Virus record (IMG/VR): IMGVR_UViG_3300020442_002030
Location: 847-64,846 of that record
Source of the DNA: a virus
Reading direction: 5' to 3' (one strand)
DNA length: 64,000 nt
In this document: in pieces, positions 9,215 to 19,105 of the stretch
How positions within the stretch are numbered: the first letter of the stretch is position 1
Layout: the number at the start of each line of letters is the position of its first letter
Notes under the pieces: generated by a model
What the model saw: the letters and a program-made list of their open reading frames with translations, nothing else
Told to the model about the DNA's origin: nothing
The model's database searches: none
Translations under genes and position numbers: made by a program

Positions 9215-12200
9215 TGTTTAATAGAAGAGGAAAAAGTATATTTAATAGTAGTCCATTAGCAAGGTCATATGGTAGTGCTTCTAAAAAAAGAAATACTAAT
9301 ATTGGCGCTAGGAATCTGACACCTAATGCTTTTAATCAATTAGGTACTATTAGAACAAATGTTAGTTTTCCTCAACCAAAAGTTATCGTACCTGCTCAAG
9401 TAAAAACTCAATTATTAAGAGCTAGGGTTGAACAAAAAAAGCAACCGGTGATATCAAAACCTGCACCAAAACCAGCTCAACCAAAACCACAACCAAAGAA
9501 TCCACCTGTGGTAATAAGAAAACCAGCTCCTAAAGTAGTAACAAAAACAAGACAAGTTGTACCAGCAGCTTTAAATTTACAACCAAGAGGAGCAAGTACA
9601 GCAAATCTAATACCAGTTGGTTTATTTAAAACTAAACCACCTATTCAAGATAAAGGATTTAAAGATGTAGCTCCACGAGAACCAAAAATTCCAGTAAACT
9701 TACAAGTTGGAAATAGAACTAGAAGTGTATCTTCTGTTATTAAAAGTGAACCAAGACGTAATACAAACATCCAACCAATGGGTGCTATATTACAAGATGT
9801 TGCTGATAGAATAGAAGCAAGAGCATTAGAAAATCAGGGATTAAGTGCAGCTGAACTTACAAATAGTAGAGGTGTAATAGAAAACAGAATTGCACAAAAC
9901 CTTACTAAAAATGATTTTGGAATAAGAGAAAAAGATTTAGCATTAGCTGGTGAAGAGTTAAGAGATGCTAGAGGAAATAGATTTACAAGTGGTGTTGTTA
10001 AGTTCGACCAAGGACAGAGAGAAGTAACGGAAATAAAAACAATCCCAACAGTATCAGGAGAAGTAGCAATTAATGTTACATCAACACCTACAGGTGCTGA
10101 AGTAATCGTAAATGGTACTAACTCAACTAAAAGAACAAATACACAATTATTCTTTTCTCAAAAAGAATTACTTGCTAAAAAAACAATTAGAGTTAGAAGA
10201 ACTGGATATAATAAATCTAATATTTACTATACCATACAAAGTAAATTACAAACAAAAAGTAGAATATATTATAAACCTACTGTTATTGAACCTGATAGCG
10301 ATAGAGATGTATTTGATGATATAGGTTCACCAAGTTTTATAAGAGCTGGATTAGACCCATTAAGAGAAGGTAGATTTACTCAAGCTGGAGGAGTATTAGC
10401 TGGAGAAAGAGGTTTTTCTGTAAACAGAACTCCCAAAGAACAAGCGAGATTCGGAAGTCAAGTTAAACCAAGAGTAAAAATAGAAGAAAGAAAAAGTCAA
10501 TATGTAATTGATATAAAAAAGTTTGTAAATGGAAAACAACAAAACTTTATAACAGCATCAACAGGAAAAAGTTTTACATTACCATTCGCTCTAAGTAAAG
10601 TACAGGTAGATGATGATATTGATATCGATATAGATGTGGATGATGATGTTGATACACCACCACCAACTCCATCTCCTGAATTATTGGTGATAGCTGAAGC
10701 TGGTGATGATATTAGAGGAAAATATGCAGCTACTATCACACAAAAATATTCTGAAGTTAATAGAGTTGGTACAGATACATTTAAGTGTAAACAACCATTT
10801 GAGATTTTACTTAGAGCAAAACAACCTGATAATTATAAAATTGTAAAATTTAAAGTAATTAAAGGGAGTGCTGATAGTGATACTTCAAATGGATTCGAAA
10901 CAGTACCTGCTAATGAAATTACTTTATCAGTAAACGGACCTATGACTGTTGTTATAGATTTTGAAAAAGTAGTTCCAATCGTAGTACCATCTGTAAGATT
11001 AAGTGGTACATCATTTAAATACAATATAGCACAACCACAACAAATACCATTAGGTTATGATTCTACAAACGCAGATAAAACAACCTTTAAGTTAAATAAA
11101 ACAACTCTTGTTGAGAACGATGATAGTGGTGTATTTACAATAAGTAATAAAATGTTTAACGCTGGTGTTGGTCAATACACTGGATATGTTATTCCATCTA
11201 ATGATGGTTATGGTGATGGTACACCTGTTAGATTTTCTATAAATGTTGTAAATGAAGTAGAAGTAAAAACTCCTGATATTGTAAACATATCATATCCACA
11301 ATTATTAAAAGGTGCAGATTTTGCAGGATACGATGTTCCATTCTCTATTCAATATCAATCAGTAAATACAAATTTTGTAAACATTTATTTAGGTAGTAAG
11401 AAAAATCCATATGGTAAGTTCTCACCAAATCAAAGTGTAGAATTTAATGTTCAAAGTGTAATTAAAAAATTAAATGGTGCTTACAAAGAAGATGGTGATT
11501 CAATAACATTTACGATTTTATTACAACCACACAACACATCTACCAAAAAAGAAGTAATCGGTAAATTAGAATCTGTAGAGATTGAATTTGTAAAATCTGA
11601 TTTAGAATTACCAAGAGGAACAACAATAGACCAACTATGTGATGCGTTTGATTTCGATACAACTTTGTTTGATGATGATACATCAAAATACTTAACGCAT
11701 TTGGCTCACTTTGGTGATGGTGATAATAAACTAATTACAACTTGGGATACTGATGACCAAACCTTCGCAGAATATGATACGAACAATTTATTAAATTTAC
11801 CAGACCCAAATAATAAGAAAGATGGATTCGATGCATTAGTTCTTAAAATGTATGAACCATTACCTAAAGAAGTACAACCAAATCAGGAGTTATGGATTTC
11901 TAAAATCATAACAAGACCTGTTATTGAAGAGGTATCAATAGTTGATGATTCAGAAGAGTATTGTGTAAGATTAAAAGGACCTAACTTTATGATTAATGAG
12001 TGTGGTTCTCCTGCTGATACTGGATTTGAACTTATAGATGATTTAGTAGCTAGTGGTTCAAAATCATCAGCAAAACTTATAGATACATTTGTATCTTCAT
12101 CTGGTGTTGATACTAAAAAATTAGATATTCAATATGTTTCTTCTTCATACGATTATATAGAAACAGAATATGGATACTCTGTAGATGGAACTATATCTGA

Positions 12201-15105
12201 AACATATAGGTTTGATAATTTCGTACACTTTGGTTCAGCAGAAGAAAGAGCTAGAAACTATTTTTACAAAGTATCACTATTAGAAACTTACAAAAATAGT
12301 ATTGCTACAATAGAAAGTGGTAGTGGTTCTTCAACAGGTTCGTTATCATTACTAAGAGAAAAAGAATCATTACAAAAGAAAATAAATGATGTAAAAGCTA
12401 ACTTTGATGGATATGAACATTTCCTAACAGATTCTACATCATCATTAGCATATCCAAAAGAATCAGATGGAGTATCACTTCAATCAACTGGTAGTGGTGA
12501 TGCAGTAGCTTGGTACAATACTTTATTAGTATCTTCATCAGCATATGATAGAAACAATGTAGATTATTTACCTAACAATGTTCCACAATATATTAAAAAC
12601 GATGATGAGCAAACTGATTTCATAATGTTCTTAGATATGATTGGGCATCACTTTGATATTCTATGGAGTTATGTTAAGGCATTAAAGAAAAATATTAAAG
12701 TTGAAGAAAAACAAAGAATCGGTATTAGTGATGATATGTTAAAACATATCCTTAAAAATTATAGTTGGATTCCACATTCTTCACAATCAACAAAAACATT
12801 ATGGGAGTATGTTTTAGGGTATAAAGATTCAACACAAACCCAAAAATTAGCTAAGACTGGTAAAGAATACGAAAGTACAATATGGAGAAGGATTTTAAAT
12901 AATCTTCCATATCTACTAAAACACAAAGGTACTCGTAGAGGATTAAGTGCAGTACTTTCTACATATGGTATTCCATCATCACTTCTTACTATTATGGAGT
13001 TTGGTGGACCAAGACAAGAAGAATCACAAACTTCTACATTTACATTTGATGATAGAACATCCGCAGTAAAAATGCCTAACGATGTAGATAATTCAAAAAT
13101 ATTAGTAGATTGGAAATTAGAAAATGGTGTATCTTCATCACATGCGGTTGAGGTTAGATTTAAAACAGATAATGTACATACTCAATCACTTATAACCAAT
13201 GAACCATATTGGAATGTTAAATTAGAACATATGCATGGTAATATGGGTAGATTAAACTTTTCATCTTCATTCGGTGAAGTAACTACCGAAAGTGGTTCTT
13301 TATTTAATAATGAATTTACACAATTAGTAATCAATGTAAACCATCATTCAGCATCAGAAGCTGGAGCATCAGAATCTATTGAATTGGTTGCTATGCAAGA
13401 TTTCCAAAGTAGAATCAGAATGGCTATAAGTTCATCTACTGAATTTACATCATCAATTAATACATTCTATAGTGGTTCTCAATTGGCATTTGGTGATGGG
13501 TTTACTGGTTCATTAGATGAAGTAAGAATATGGAGTTCATCACTATCATCATCAGTAATTCAAGACCACACATTGATGCCAGAAAAAACAAATGGTAATC
13601 ACATTTCTTCATCTACAGAAGATTTAATGTTAAGATTGGATTTTGAAAAACCAAAGAATTTAAATGTATCTCAATCTATACCAAACGTAGCACCTGATAC
13701 AGGTTCTAATGGAACAATCAGATACGCTGGTTCAGCAACTGGTAGTGGATTTGGTGATAATTCAACATATCCATATCATTATGAAGTATATGATAGAACT
13801 GTAACCGCTAAAGTTCCAGCTATGGGATTTGGACCTGCAGATAAATTTAGATTTGAATCGGCATCATTAGTACAAAACTTATCTTATAGACAAAGAGCTA
13901 CTAAAAAATCATTTGATACTGCACCATTAGATTCAAATAGATTAGGTATATTCTTATCACCATCTAAAGAATTAAATATGGATATCATCAAAACATTACC
14001 TGATTTCAGTATTGATGATTATATTGGAGACCCATCTCACCAATATTTAGATGAGTATCCTGATTTGGTAAATTTAAAAGAATATGTCTTTGGTAGATAT
14101 AACTTAAACATATACGAATATATTAATATTATAAAATATATTGATAAATCTTTATTTGAAACAATAAAGCAAATGATTCCTGCTAGGGTTAAGGTAGTTG
14201 ATGGATTATTAATAGAACCTCATATTTTACATAGAAATAAAGAAGAAAGAAAAAAACCTACTGCAGAATTAATGGAATCTAAAGAGGGGGTTGAGGATGT
14301 ATCAAGAGGTTCGGTTATTGGTATTAGTTCATCGGTAGAGCAGGAAGAAGCTACATTAGATTTAGAAAACGTAATTGATATTCAACCAACAATACCACAA
14401 TATGAAACTATTGTTAGTGAAAGTACTCAACCTGATTTAGTAATAAATTACAATGATTATAATGCAACTGTAACAGATTCAAAAATTGAAGATTTATCTG
14501 GAAACAGATTAGATTATGAAGTAATATTAGATGCTGAATCATCTCAATCGTTATTAAGTGAATTAGATGTATTCAATAGTCAAATAATTGGATTAGACCC
14601 AGATGGTATTAGTAGAGCTGGGTTTGGTATTGTAGCATCAAATGGATTTACTATTAGAACAACCAGAGATAAATTTAACAATTACAAAAAAGAAAAACTT
14701 AGAGTTTGGGTTGTTAAAAAAGAAAAGAAATTTAAACAAAAAGTACAACTTAATCCATTAGATAGTTCATTGGGTAGTATAGTTTCTGAATCAGTAGTGA
14801 GAACTAAAACTATCGTATCGTTCACATCACCATCAGGTTCATTAGCAAATACTATTGGTAATGTTGATACAGATGGAACTGTAGTACAAGTAACACCATT
14901 GGAAGGATATTTACCAACACATTATAGAAACACATCAGATTTAACAACTGGTATGGAAAATTTATTCTTCAAAGGTTGTAAACAAACACAAGCTACAACC
15001 TTAGATGGAACACCTCCAGTAGAGGTATTTACTACGAATCCTAACACATTAAAAGTATCAGATAGTGGTAGGGGAAGTGGTGAACCGATATTAGAGATAG
15101 AATAA
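9214..15105 (+). CDS. Large baseplate/tail protein (basic N-terminus, PEGA-like and LamG-like domains)
   Basis: 1963 aa. INVTSTPTGAEVIVNG is PEGA-like. YLLKHKGTRRGLSAVLSTYGIP resembles gp7/tail-protein-I motifs. AVEVRFKT...FTGSLDEVRIW is LamG-like. Confidence 0.6.
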   Translation: MFNRRGKSIFNSSPLARSYGSASKKRNTNIGARNLTPNAFNQLGTIRTNVSFPQPKVIVPAQVKTQLLRARVEQKKQPVISKPAPKPAQPKPQPKNPPVVIRKPAPKVVTKTRQVVPAALNLQPRGASTANLIPVGLFKTKPPIQDKGFKDVAPREPKIPVNLQVGNRTRSVSSVIKSEPRRNTNIQPMGAILQDVADRIEARALENQGLSAAELTNSRGVIENRIAQNLTKNDFGIREKDLALAGEELRDARGNRFTSGVVKFDQGQREVTEIKTIPTVSGEVAINVTSTPTGAEVIVNGTNSTKRTNTQLFFSQKELLAKKTIRVRRTGYNKSNIYYTIQSKLQTKSRIYYKPTVIEPDSDRDVFDDIGSPSFIRAGLDPLREGRFTQAGGVLAGERGFSVNRTPKEQARFGSQVKPRVKIEERKSQYVIDIKKFVNGKQQNFITASTGKSFTLPFALSKVQVDDDIDIDIDVDDDVDTPPPTPSPELLVIAEAGDDIRGKYAATITQKYSEVNRVGTDTFKCKQPFEILLRAKQPDNYKIVKFKVIKGSADSDTSNGFETVPANEITLSVNGPMTVVIDFEKVVPIVVPSVRLSGTSFKYNIAQPQQIPLGYDSTNADKTTFKLNKTTLVENDDSGVFTISNKMFNAGVGQYTGYVIPSNDGYGDGTPVRFSINVVNEVEVKTPDIVNISYPQLLKGADFAGYDVPFSIQYQSVNTNFVNIYLGSKKNPYGKFSPNQSVEFNVQSVIKKLNGAYKEDGDSITFTILLQPHNTSTKKEVIGKLESVEIEFVKSDLELPRGTTIDQLCDAFDFDTTLFDDDTSKYLTHLAHFGDGDNKLITTWDTDDQTFAEYDTNNLLNLPDPNNKKDGFDALVLKMYEPLPKEVQPNQELWISKIITRPVIEEVSIVDDSEEYCVRLKGPNFMINECGSPADTGFELIDDLVASGSKSSAKLIDTFVSSSGVDTKKLDIQYVSSSYDYIETEYGYSVDGTISETYRFDNFVHFGSAEERARNYFYKVSLLETYKNSIATIESGSGSSTGSLSLLREKESLQKKINDVKANFDGYEHFLTDSTSSLAYPKESDGVSLQSTGSGDAVAWYNTLLVSSSAYDRNNVDYLPNNVPQYIKNDDEQTDFIMFLDMIGHHFDILWSYVKALKKNIKVEEKQRIGISDDMLKHILKNYSWIPHSSQSTKTLWEYVLGYKDSTQTQKLAKTGKEYESTIWRRILNNLPYLLKHKGTRRGLSAVLSTYGIPSSLLTIMEFGGPRQEESQTSTFTFDDRTSAVKMPNDVDNSKILVDWKLENGVSSSHAVEVRFKTDNVHTQSLITNEPYWNVKLEHMHGNMGRLNFSSSFGEVTTESGSLFNNEFTQLVINVNHHSASEAGASESIELVAMQDFQSRIRMAISSSTEFTSSINTFYSGSQLAFGDGFTGSLDEVRIWSSSLSSSVIQDHTLMPEKTNGNHISSSTEDLMLRLDFEKPKNLNVSQSIPNVAPDTGSNGTIRYAGSATGSGFGDNSTYPYHYEVYDRTVTAKVPAMGFGPADKFRFESASLVQNLSYRQRATKKSFDTAPLDSNRLGIFLSPSKELNMDIIKTLPDFSIDDYIGDPSHQYLDEYPDLVNLKEYVFGRYNLNIYEYINIIKYIDKSLFETIKQMIPARVKVVDGLLIEPHILHRNKEERKKPTAELMESKEGVEDVSRGSVIGISSSVEQEEATLDLENVIDIQPTIPQYETIVSESTQPDLVINYNDYNATVTDSKIEDLSGNRLDYEVILDAESSQSLLSELDVFNSQIIGLDPDGISRAGFGIVASNGFTIRTTRDKFNNYKKEKLRVWVVKKEKKFKQKVQLNPLDSSLGSIVSESVVRTKTIVSFTSPSGSLANTIGNVDTDGTVVQVTPLEGYLPTHYRNTSDLTTGMENLFFKGCKQTQATTLDGTPPVEVFTTNPNTLKVSDSGRGSGEPILEIE

Positions 15106-15128
15106 TTTATTTAATTTTTAAAAAAGTT

Positions 15129-15137
15129 ATATTTATA
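15129..15137 (+). promoter_or_regulatory. ATATTTATA putative late promoter
   Basis: Exact motif in the gap before ATG 15166. Confidence 0.6.
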
Positions 15138-15165
15138 TATTGTAAACATATAGGGAATAAACATT

Positions 15166-15792
15166 ATGGCATATTTAGATAACACAGAAATCACAGTAGA
15201 TGCTATCCTTACCAAAAAAGGTAGAGAGAAGCTAGCAACAGGTGAAGGTCTTAATATTACGAGATTCGCATTAGGGGATGATGAGATTGATTATGGTTTA
15301 TACGAACCAGCTCACCCAAAAGGTTCTGCATATTATGATGCAGCTATCAAAGCGATTCCAGTCTTAGAGGCATCACCAGACGAAACACAAGTATTAAGAT
15401 ATAAATTGGTAACTTTACCAAAAGGAACAACTAAGATTCCAAAAGTGGAATTTGGTATTCCTTCTATCGCAGTAAATCAAGATAGTGGTGAGGTATCACT
15501 AAGTCCAACTACATCTCCTTCAGGTAATTCATCTGCAGGATATACTGTAGTATTAGCAAATAAAAACGCTGGTACAGTTGTAGGTAGTGGATTGGCAGTA
15601 TCAGCAGGTTCGGTACCTGTATTCTTAGGCGATGAAGTAACAACTACAGCAGCTGTAGAAGCAGGATTAAAATTTACGTTTATTCCTAATCCGAACATTA
15701 CTGAAACAATTAAAACAACGATAACGGTATATGGAAATGAAACAGGTGGTTCACAAACGATTCCTGTTACGATTACATATGTAACAACTTAA
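15166..15792 (+). CDS. Putative tail/baseplate structural protein
   Basis: 208 aa; VDAILTKKGREKLA..ITRFALGDDEIDY resembles tail-collar N-terminal motifs. Confidence 0.55.
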   Translation: MAYLDNTEITVDAILTKKGREKLATGEGLNITRFALGDDEIDYGLYEPAHPKGSAYYDAAIKAIPVLEASPDETQVLRYKLVTLPKGTTKIPKVEFGIPSIAVNQDSGEVSLSPTTSPSGNSSAGYTVVLANKNAGTVVGSGLAVSAGSVPVFLGDEVTTTAAVEAGLKFTFIPNPNITETIKTTITVYGNETGGSQTIPVTITYVTT

Positions 15793-15807
15793 AGAGGGTA
15801 AAAAATT

Positions 15808-17058
15808 ATGGCAGAAATAGCAGGACAACAAGGAGCAGCGTTAACTAATGAGTTAGCACAGTATCTACAAAACGCCGATGGTGATGTCTCTTCTGAAGAA
15901 TTAGCTGGTATTATTAATGAATACCTAAGTGGTGGTGACCAGCTAGTAACAGATGGGGGAGCCGTTGGTTCTGGAATTTACAAAAGATTTAGTGAATTTG
16001 ACCAGATAACAGGTAAAGTTGAAATCGTAACAACAGGACTTTGGACTGGTGATACGGGTTCATTAGCAGAACATCACACTGGTTCTCAAGCACAATCAGC
16101 ATCAGCTGATTATTTTTATAATATTTACAACACCGCATCAAATGGTGAATTACAATACGCAGTAGCATACGGACATATTAGTGGTAGTGGTTCAGTTGCC
16201 CTCTCAACTAACGATAACGCTAAGTTCCCAACTAAAGCAACATATATGCAGTATCGTTCTTATCTATTAGGACAAGAAGATTCTCACTTTACATTTGCAT
16301 CAGCTTCAGGTACGGGCCATAATACTGAAGATATTTTTGTAATTAATGTAGCAAGAGCAAGATATAAAGAATCAATGGATGCCGGAAACTGGTCACTTAA
16401 ATTAAGTGGTTCAAGAGGAGCTATTACACTTATCGATGATAGTGGTAAGAAGTTCTCAGATACAGTAGGAAAAGCAGGTAGAGTATTTGATGTAGTAAGT
16501 GGTTCACTTAACTTAGGTTCTTCAGCAGAAGCAACGATAGATAGTAGATATACATCAGGTTCTACAGATGGTAATAATTTTTCAGTAGGACAAGGATATG
16601 GTATCTTCTATCCAGACCAAGGAATTATCGTACTTAATCCTGGCGCAATAGAAGCAGAGATTGGATTCTCTCACCATACAGGTTCGAGTGTAACATTCTC
16701 AACAACTGGTTCAAACTTTACTGGGGTAGATGCTGATAAAAAAGCACATCACTGGATATACGCAGCTATTAAGAATGGAGCAGATTTCGAAGCAAGAAGA
16801 ACTGAAAACGTATCTACATCACATTACTTTGTTAGAGCAAACAACAGAGAGTTTAACTTCTCTAACAACCCAACATTTGTAAGTGGTTCAGATAACGCAT
16901 TCGCAGTATCATCTTTCAAAAGAGACCCAAGAGTTTATATAACAACAATTGGATTATATAACAATGCAAACGAAATGTTAGCAGTGGCTAAAACATCACA
17001 ACCGATTGCAAAATCGTTTGATAAAGAAGTATTAGTAAAAGTTAAATTAGACTTTTAA
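15808..17058 (+). CDS. Tail-collar/fibre-attachment-like structural protein
   Basis: C-terminal YITTIGLYNNANEMLAVAKTSQPI matches the tail-collar (gpH N-terminal-like) motif; rich in SGS/TGS. Confidence 0.6.
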   Translation: MAEIAGQQGAALTNELAQYLQNADGDVSSEELAGIINEYLSGGDQLVTDGGAVGSGIYKRFSEFDQITGKVEIVTTGLWTGDTGSLAEHHTGSQAQSASADYFYNIYNTASNGELQYAVAYGHISGSGSVALSTNDNAKFPTKATYMQYRSYLLGQEDSHFTFASASGTGHNTEDIFVINVARARYKESMDAGNWSLKLSGSRGAITLIDDSGKKFSDTVGKAGRVFDVVSGSLNLGSSAEATIDSRYTSGSTDGNNFSVGQGYGIFYPDQGIIVLNPGAIEAEIGFSHHTGSSVTFSTTGSNFTGVDADKKAHHWIYAAIKNGADFEARRTENVSTSHYFVRANNREFNFSNNPTFVSGSDNAFAVSSFKRDPRVYITTIGLYNNANEMLAVAKTSQPIAKSFDKEVLVKVKLDF

Positions 17059-17089
17059 ACCGTAGGCACGCATTTTCAAACAAAGTAAG

Positions 17090-17119
17090 AACCTCATCAA
17101 AAGTGAGGTTTTTCTTTTT
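17090..17119 (+). terminator. Rho-independent terminator
   Basis: Stem AACCTCA (17090-17096) / TGAGGTT (17104-17110), 7-nt loop, followed by TTTCTTTTT, just after stop 17058. Confidence 0.75.
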
Positions 17120-17122
17120 GTG

Positions 17123-17131
17123 ATATTTATA
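17123..17131 (+). promoter_or_regulatory. ATATTTATA putative late promoter
   Basis: Immediately after the terminator, followed by GAGGAG and ATG 17149. Confidence 0.65.
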
Positions 17132-17148
17132 TAGAGGAGTAATATCAT

Positions 17149-18417
17149 ATGTTTAAAGAAATACCAGCAGAAAATTCAAATGTAAGACCGTTTAGGACTC
17201 ATAAGAGCTATATACATAGTTCAGGTAGTTATAATATCTATACGGCTCGTTCAGCATCTATTAGTGAATATGATTTAAGTAGTTTTAGTGATGGAGGAGC
17301 TTATGACTTAGATACATTCTTTGACCCAATCAATGAAGCAAAGAGTAATGAGTTTTATCAGAGAATGTTGTATCAATCAACATACGCAAAATACTATCAC
17401 CCATCTACAAAACAATCACCATTAATCGGTGGTGGTAGAATTTCTAAATTCGCATATGGTAATCAAAAAACACTTACAAATGTAATTGAGTTATTACCAC
17501 TATCCCAATCTCAATTTGGTGAAGAAATAAAACCAGGTTCTGTAGAATTATACATAGATACTCCAAAAGTAGAATCTAAAGTAATTAAGATTGTAGATGA
17601 TGGATTTGGTAATTTAATTGAATCTACAAGATGTGCTGAGATAAAATATTTAAATAACGAAACTGGAGAAATCCATTTCGGTAACTTTGATGGTGATGAA
17701 TGGCATGGTACTACAGATTTAACAAATTTTGAAAGTGGTTCGTTAAACGTATTAACGATTACACCAATTGGTTCAGCTGATACTAGAGCAACGGCTATGA
17801 ACGCTGTATCAATTCTTACAATGGATTTTGAATGTGGTATTATTAGATTTGAAGATGATGATAATCCATTTGGTTTAATTACGAATTGGCCTGAGTATGT
17901 AATTGGTAATGTGTTTTATTCAGATGGGTTGATTGTAATGAATGATTCTAATTGTACAACATTGAAAAATGGATATACTCTTAAATACAAAGCAACTCAC
18001 ACAATTTACGAATATGAATACTTTTTAGAAGTGGGAGATTGTGAGTTTAATTTTTCACAAAACCCAACAGCAGTAACAGTATTTAAAAGCGGTTCATACG
18101 ATTTTGTAACAACACCAATCGTAAGTGGAGAACCAGGAAAAACAATAAAGATTAGAGAAAACTATAGTATAGATAGAGTACCATACTATAGTGGTTCGGT
18201 TACATCATCAGTTACTAACGAATATGTTAGTGGTAGTTGGGATGATTATTGGAACTCAGGTTCAATAGATTTGACTGGTTCATATTTAGCACCATTTATT
18301 ACAACTATCGGATTATACAATGAAAGTAATGAAATGTTAGCAGTTGCTAAGTTACCAAAACCAATTAAGAACTTACCTGACTATCCAGTTAACTTCATTG
18401 TTAGAATTGATGTTTAA
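17149..18417 (+). CDS. Tail-collar-like structural protein, paralogous C-terminus to 15808
   Basis: C-terminal FITTIGLYNESNEMLAVAKLPKPI and EFNFSQNPT, against EFNFSNNPT in the upstream gene. Confidence 0.6.
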   Translation: MFKEIPAENSNVRPFRTHKSYIHSSGSYNIYTARSASISEYDLSSFSDGGAYDLDTFFDPINEAKSNEFYQRMLYQSTYAKYYHPSTKQSPLIGGGRISKFAYGNQKTLTNVIELLPLSQSQFGEEIKPGSVELYIDTPKVESKVIKIVDDGFGNLIESTRCAEIKYLNNETGEIHFGNFDGDEWHGTTDLTNFESGSLNVLTITPIGSADTRATAMNAVSILTMDFECGIIRFEDDDNPFGLITNWPEYVIGNVFYSDGLIVMNDSNCTTLKNGYTLKYKATHTIYEYEYFLEVGDCEFNFSQNPTAVTVFKSGSYDFVTTPIVSGEPGKTIKIRENYSIDRVPYYSGSVTSSVTNEYVSGSWDDYWNSGSIDLTGSYLAPFITTIGLYNESNEMLAVAKLPKPIKNLPDYPVNFIVRIDV

Positions 18418-18428
18418 TTAAAAAACTT

Positions 18429-18437
18429 ATATTTATA
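18429..18437 (+). promoter_or_regulatory. ATATTTATA putative late promoter
   Basis: Exact motif followed by AAGAGG and ATG 18455. Confidence 0.6.
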
Positions 18438-18454
18438 TAAAAGAGGAAAATATT

Positions 18455-18634
18455 ATGGCTTCAATAATGGACTTATTTAAAGCATCTGAATTTTCTAAAT
18501 TAGGAAAATCAAACGCAGACAAAACCCCTATCTCAGTAGATGGTGGGAAGGATATATCTAAACCATCAAACTTAGAAAAAGCTAGAGGCGGAAAACTAAA
18601 TCTAAAACCTTACTCAGATTCAGTTGAACGATAA
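18455..18634 (+). CDS. Small hypothetical protein, 59 aa (not in the ORF track)
   Basis: Hand-translated MASIMDLFKASEFSKLGKSNADKTPISVDGGKDISKPSNLEKARGGKLNLKPYSDSVER*; has an SD-like AGAGG and the promoter motif, and fills the gap. Confidence 0.75.
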   Translation: MASIMDLFKASEFSKLGKSNADKTPISVDGGKDISKPSNLEKARGGKLNLKPYSDSVER

Positions 18635-18645
18635 ACTTTTTGACT

Positions 18646-19050
18646 ATGCCCACATGGAAATATGAAGGTAAGCTGATTACCGAAATTTCCGATATGCCTG
18701 AAGATTCAATAGGATTTATATATAAAATCAGAAAGAAATTTACAGGCGAATTCTATATCGGAAGAAAATCTTTATACGCACACCGAACACTACCACCACT
18801 AAAAGGTACAAAGAGAAAAAGAAAGGTAGTAAAAGAATCAAATTGGAAACAATACCAATCATCACATGCTGAAGTAAAGAAATGGGATGGTGATGATATT
18901 GAAAAATTCATCTTACGATTCTGTAAAACAAAGAAAGCAATGACTTATTATGAGTTAGAAGAACAGATAAAACACAATGTTTTGTATGAATCTCATTGTT
19001 TCAATGATAATATTTTAGGAAAATTTTTTAGAAAAGATTTGGAAAATTGA
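18646..19050 (+). CDS. GIY-YIG family nuclease
   Basis: GFIYKIRKKFTGEFYIGRK motif, conserved E (YYELEEQ) and N (FNDNILG). ATG 18646 is preferred over TTG 18640. Confidence 0.75.
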   Translation: MPTWKYEGKLITEISDMPEDSIGFIYKIRKKFTGEFYIGRKSLYAHRTLPPLKGTKRKRKVVKESNWKQYQSSHAEVKKWDGDDIEKFILRFCKTKKAMTYYELEEQIKHNVLYESHCFNDNILGKFFRKDLEN

Positions 19051-19069
19051 AAAATTTTTCGTATATTTA
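19038..19069 (+). promoter_or_regulatory. Candidate host-type (Bacteroidota-like) promoter TTTG-N20-TATATTTA
   Basis: TTTG at 19038-19041 and TATATTTA at 19062-19069. The Bacteroidota consensus is TTTG-N19-21-TAnnTTTG; this has one mismatch. Confidence 0.4.
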
Positions 19070-19105
19070 CATCGTATGTTGTATATTTTAGAAAAATAAT
19101 GCTTT

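Noticed and set aside
18646-19050. GIY-YIG gene as a mobile homing endonuclease
   Set aside because: It is only ~134 aa, has no obvious appended DNA-binding domain and does not interrupt a gene; it is more like a resident small nuclease.
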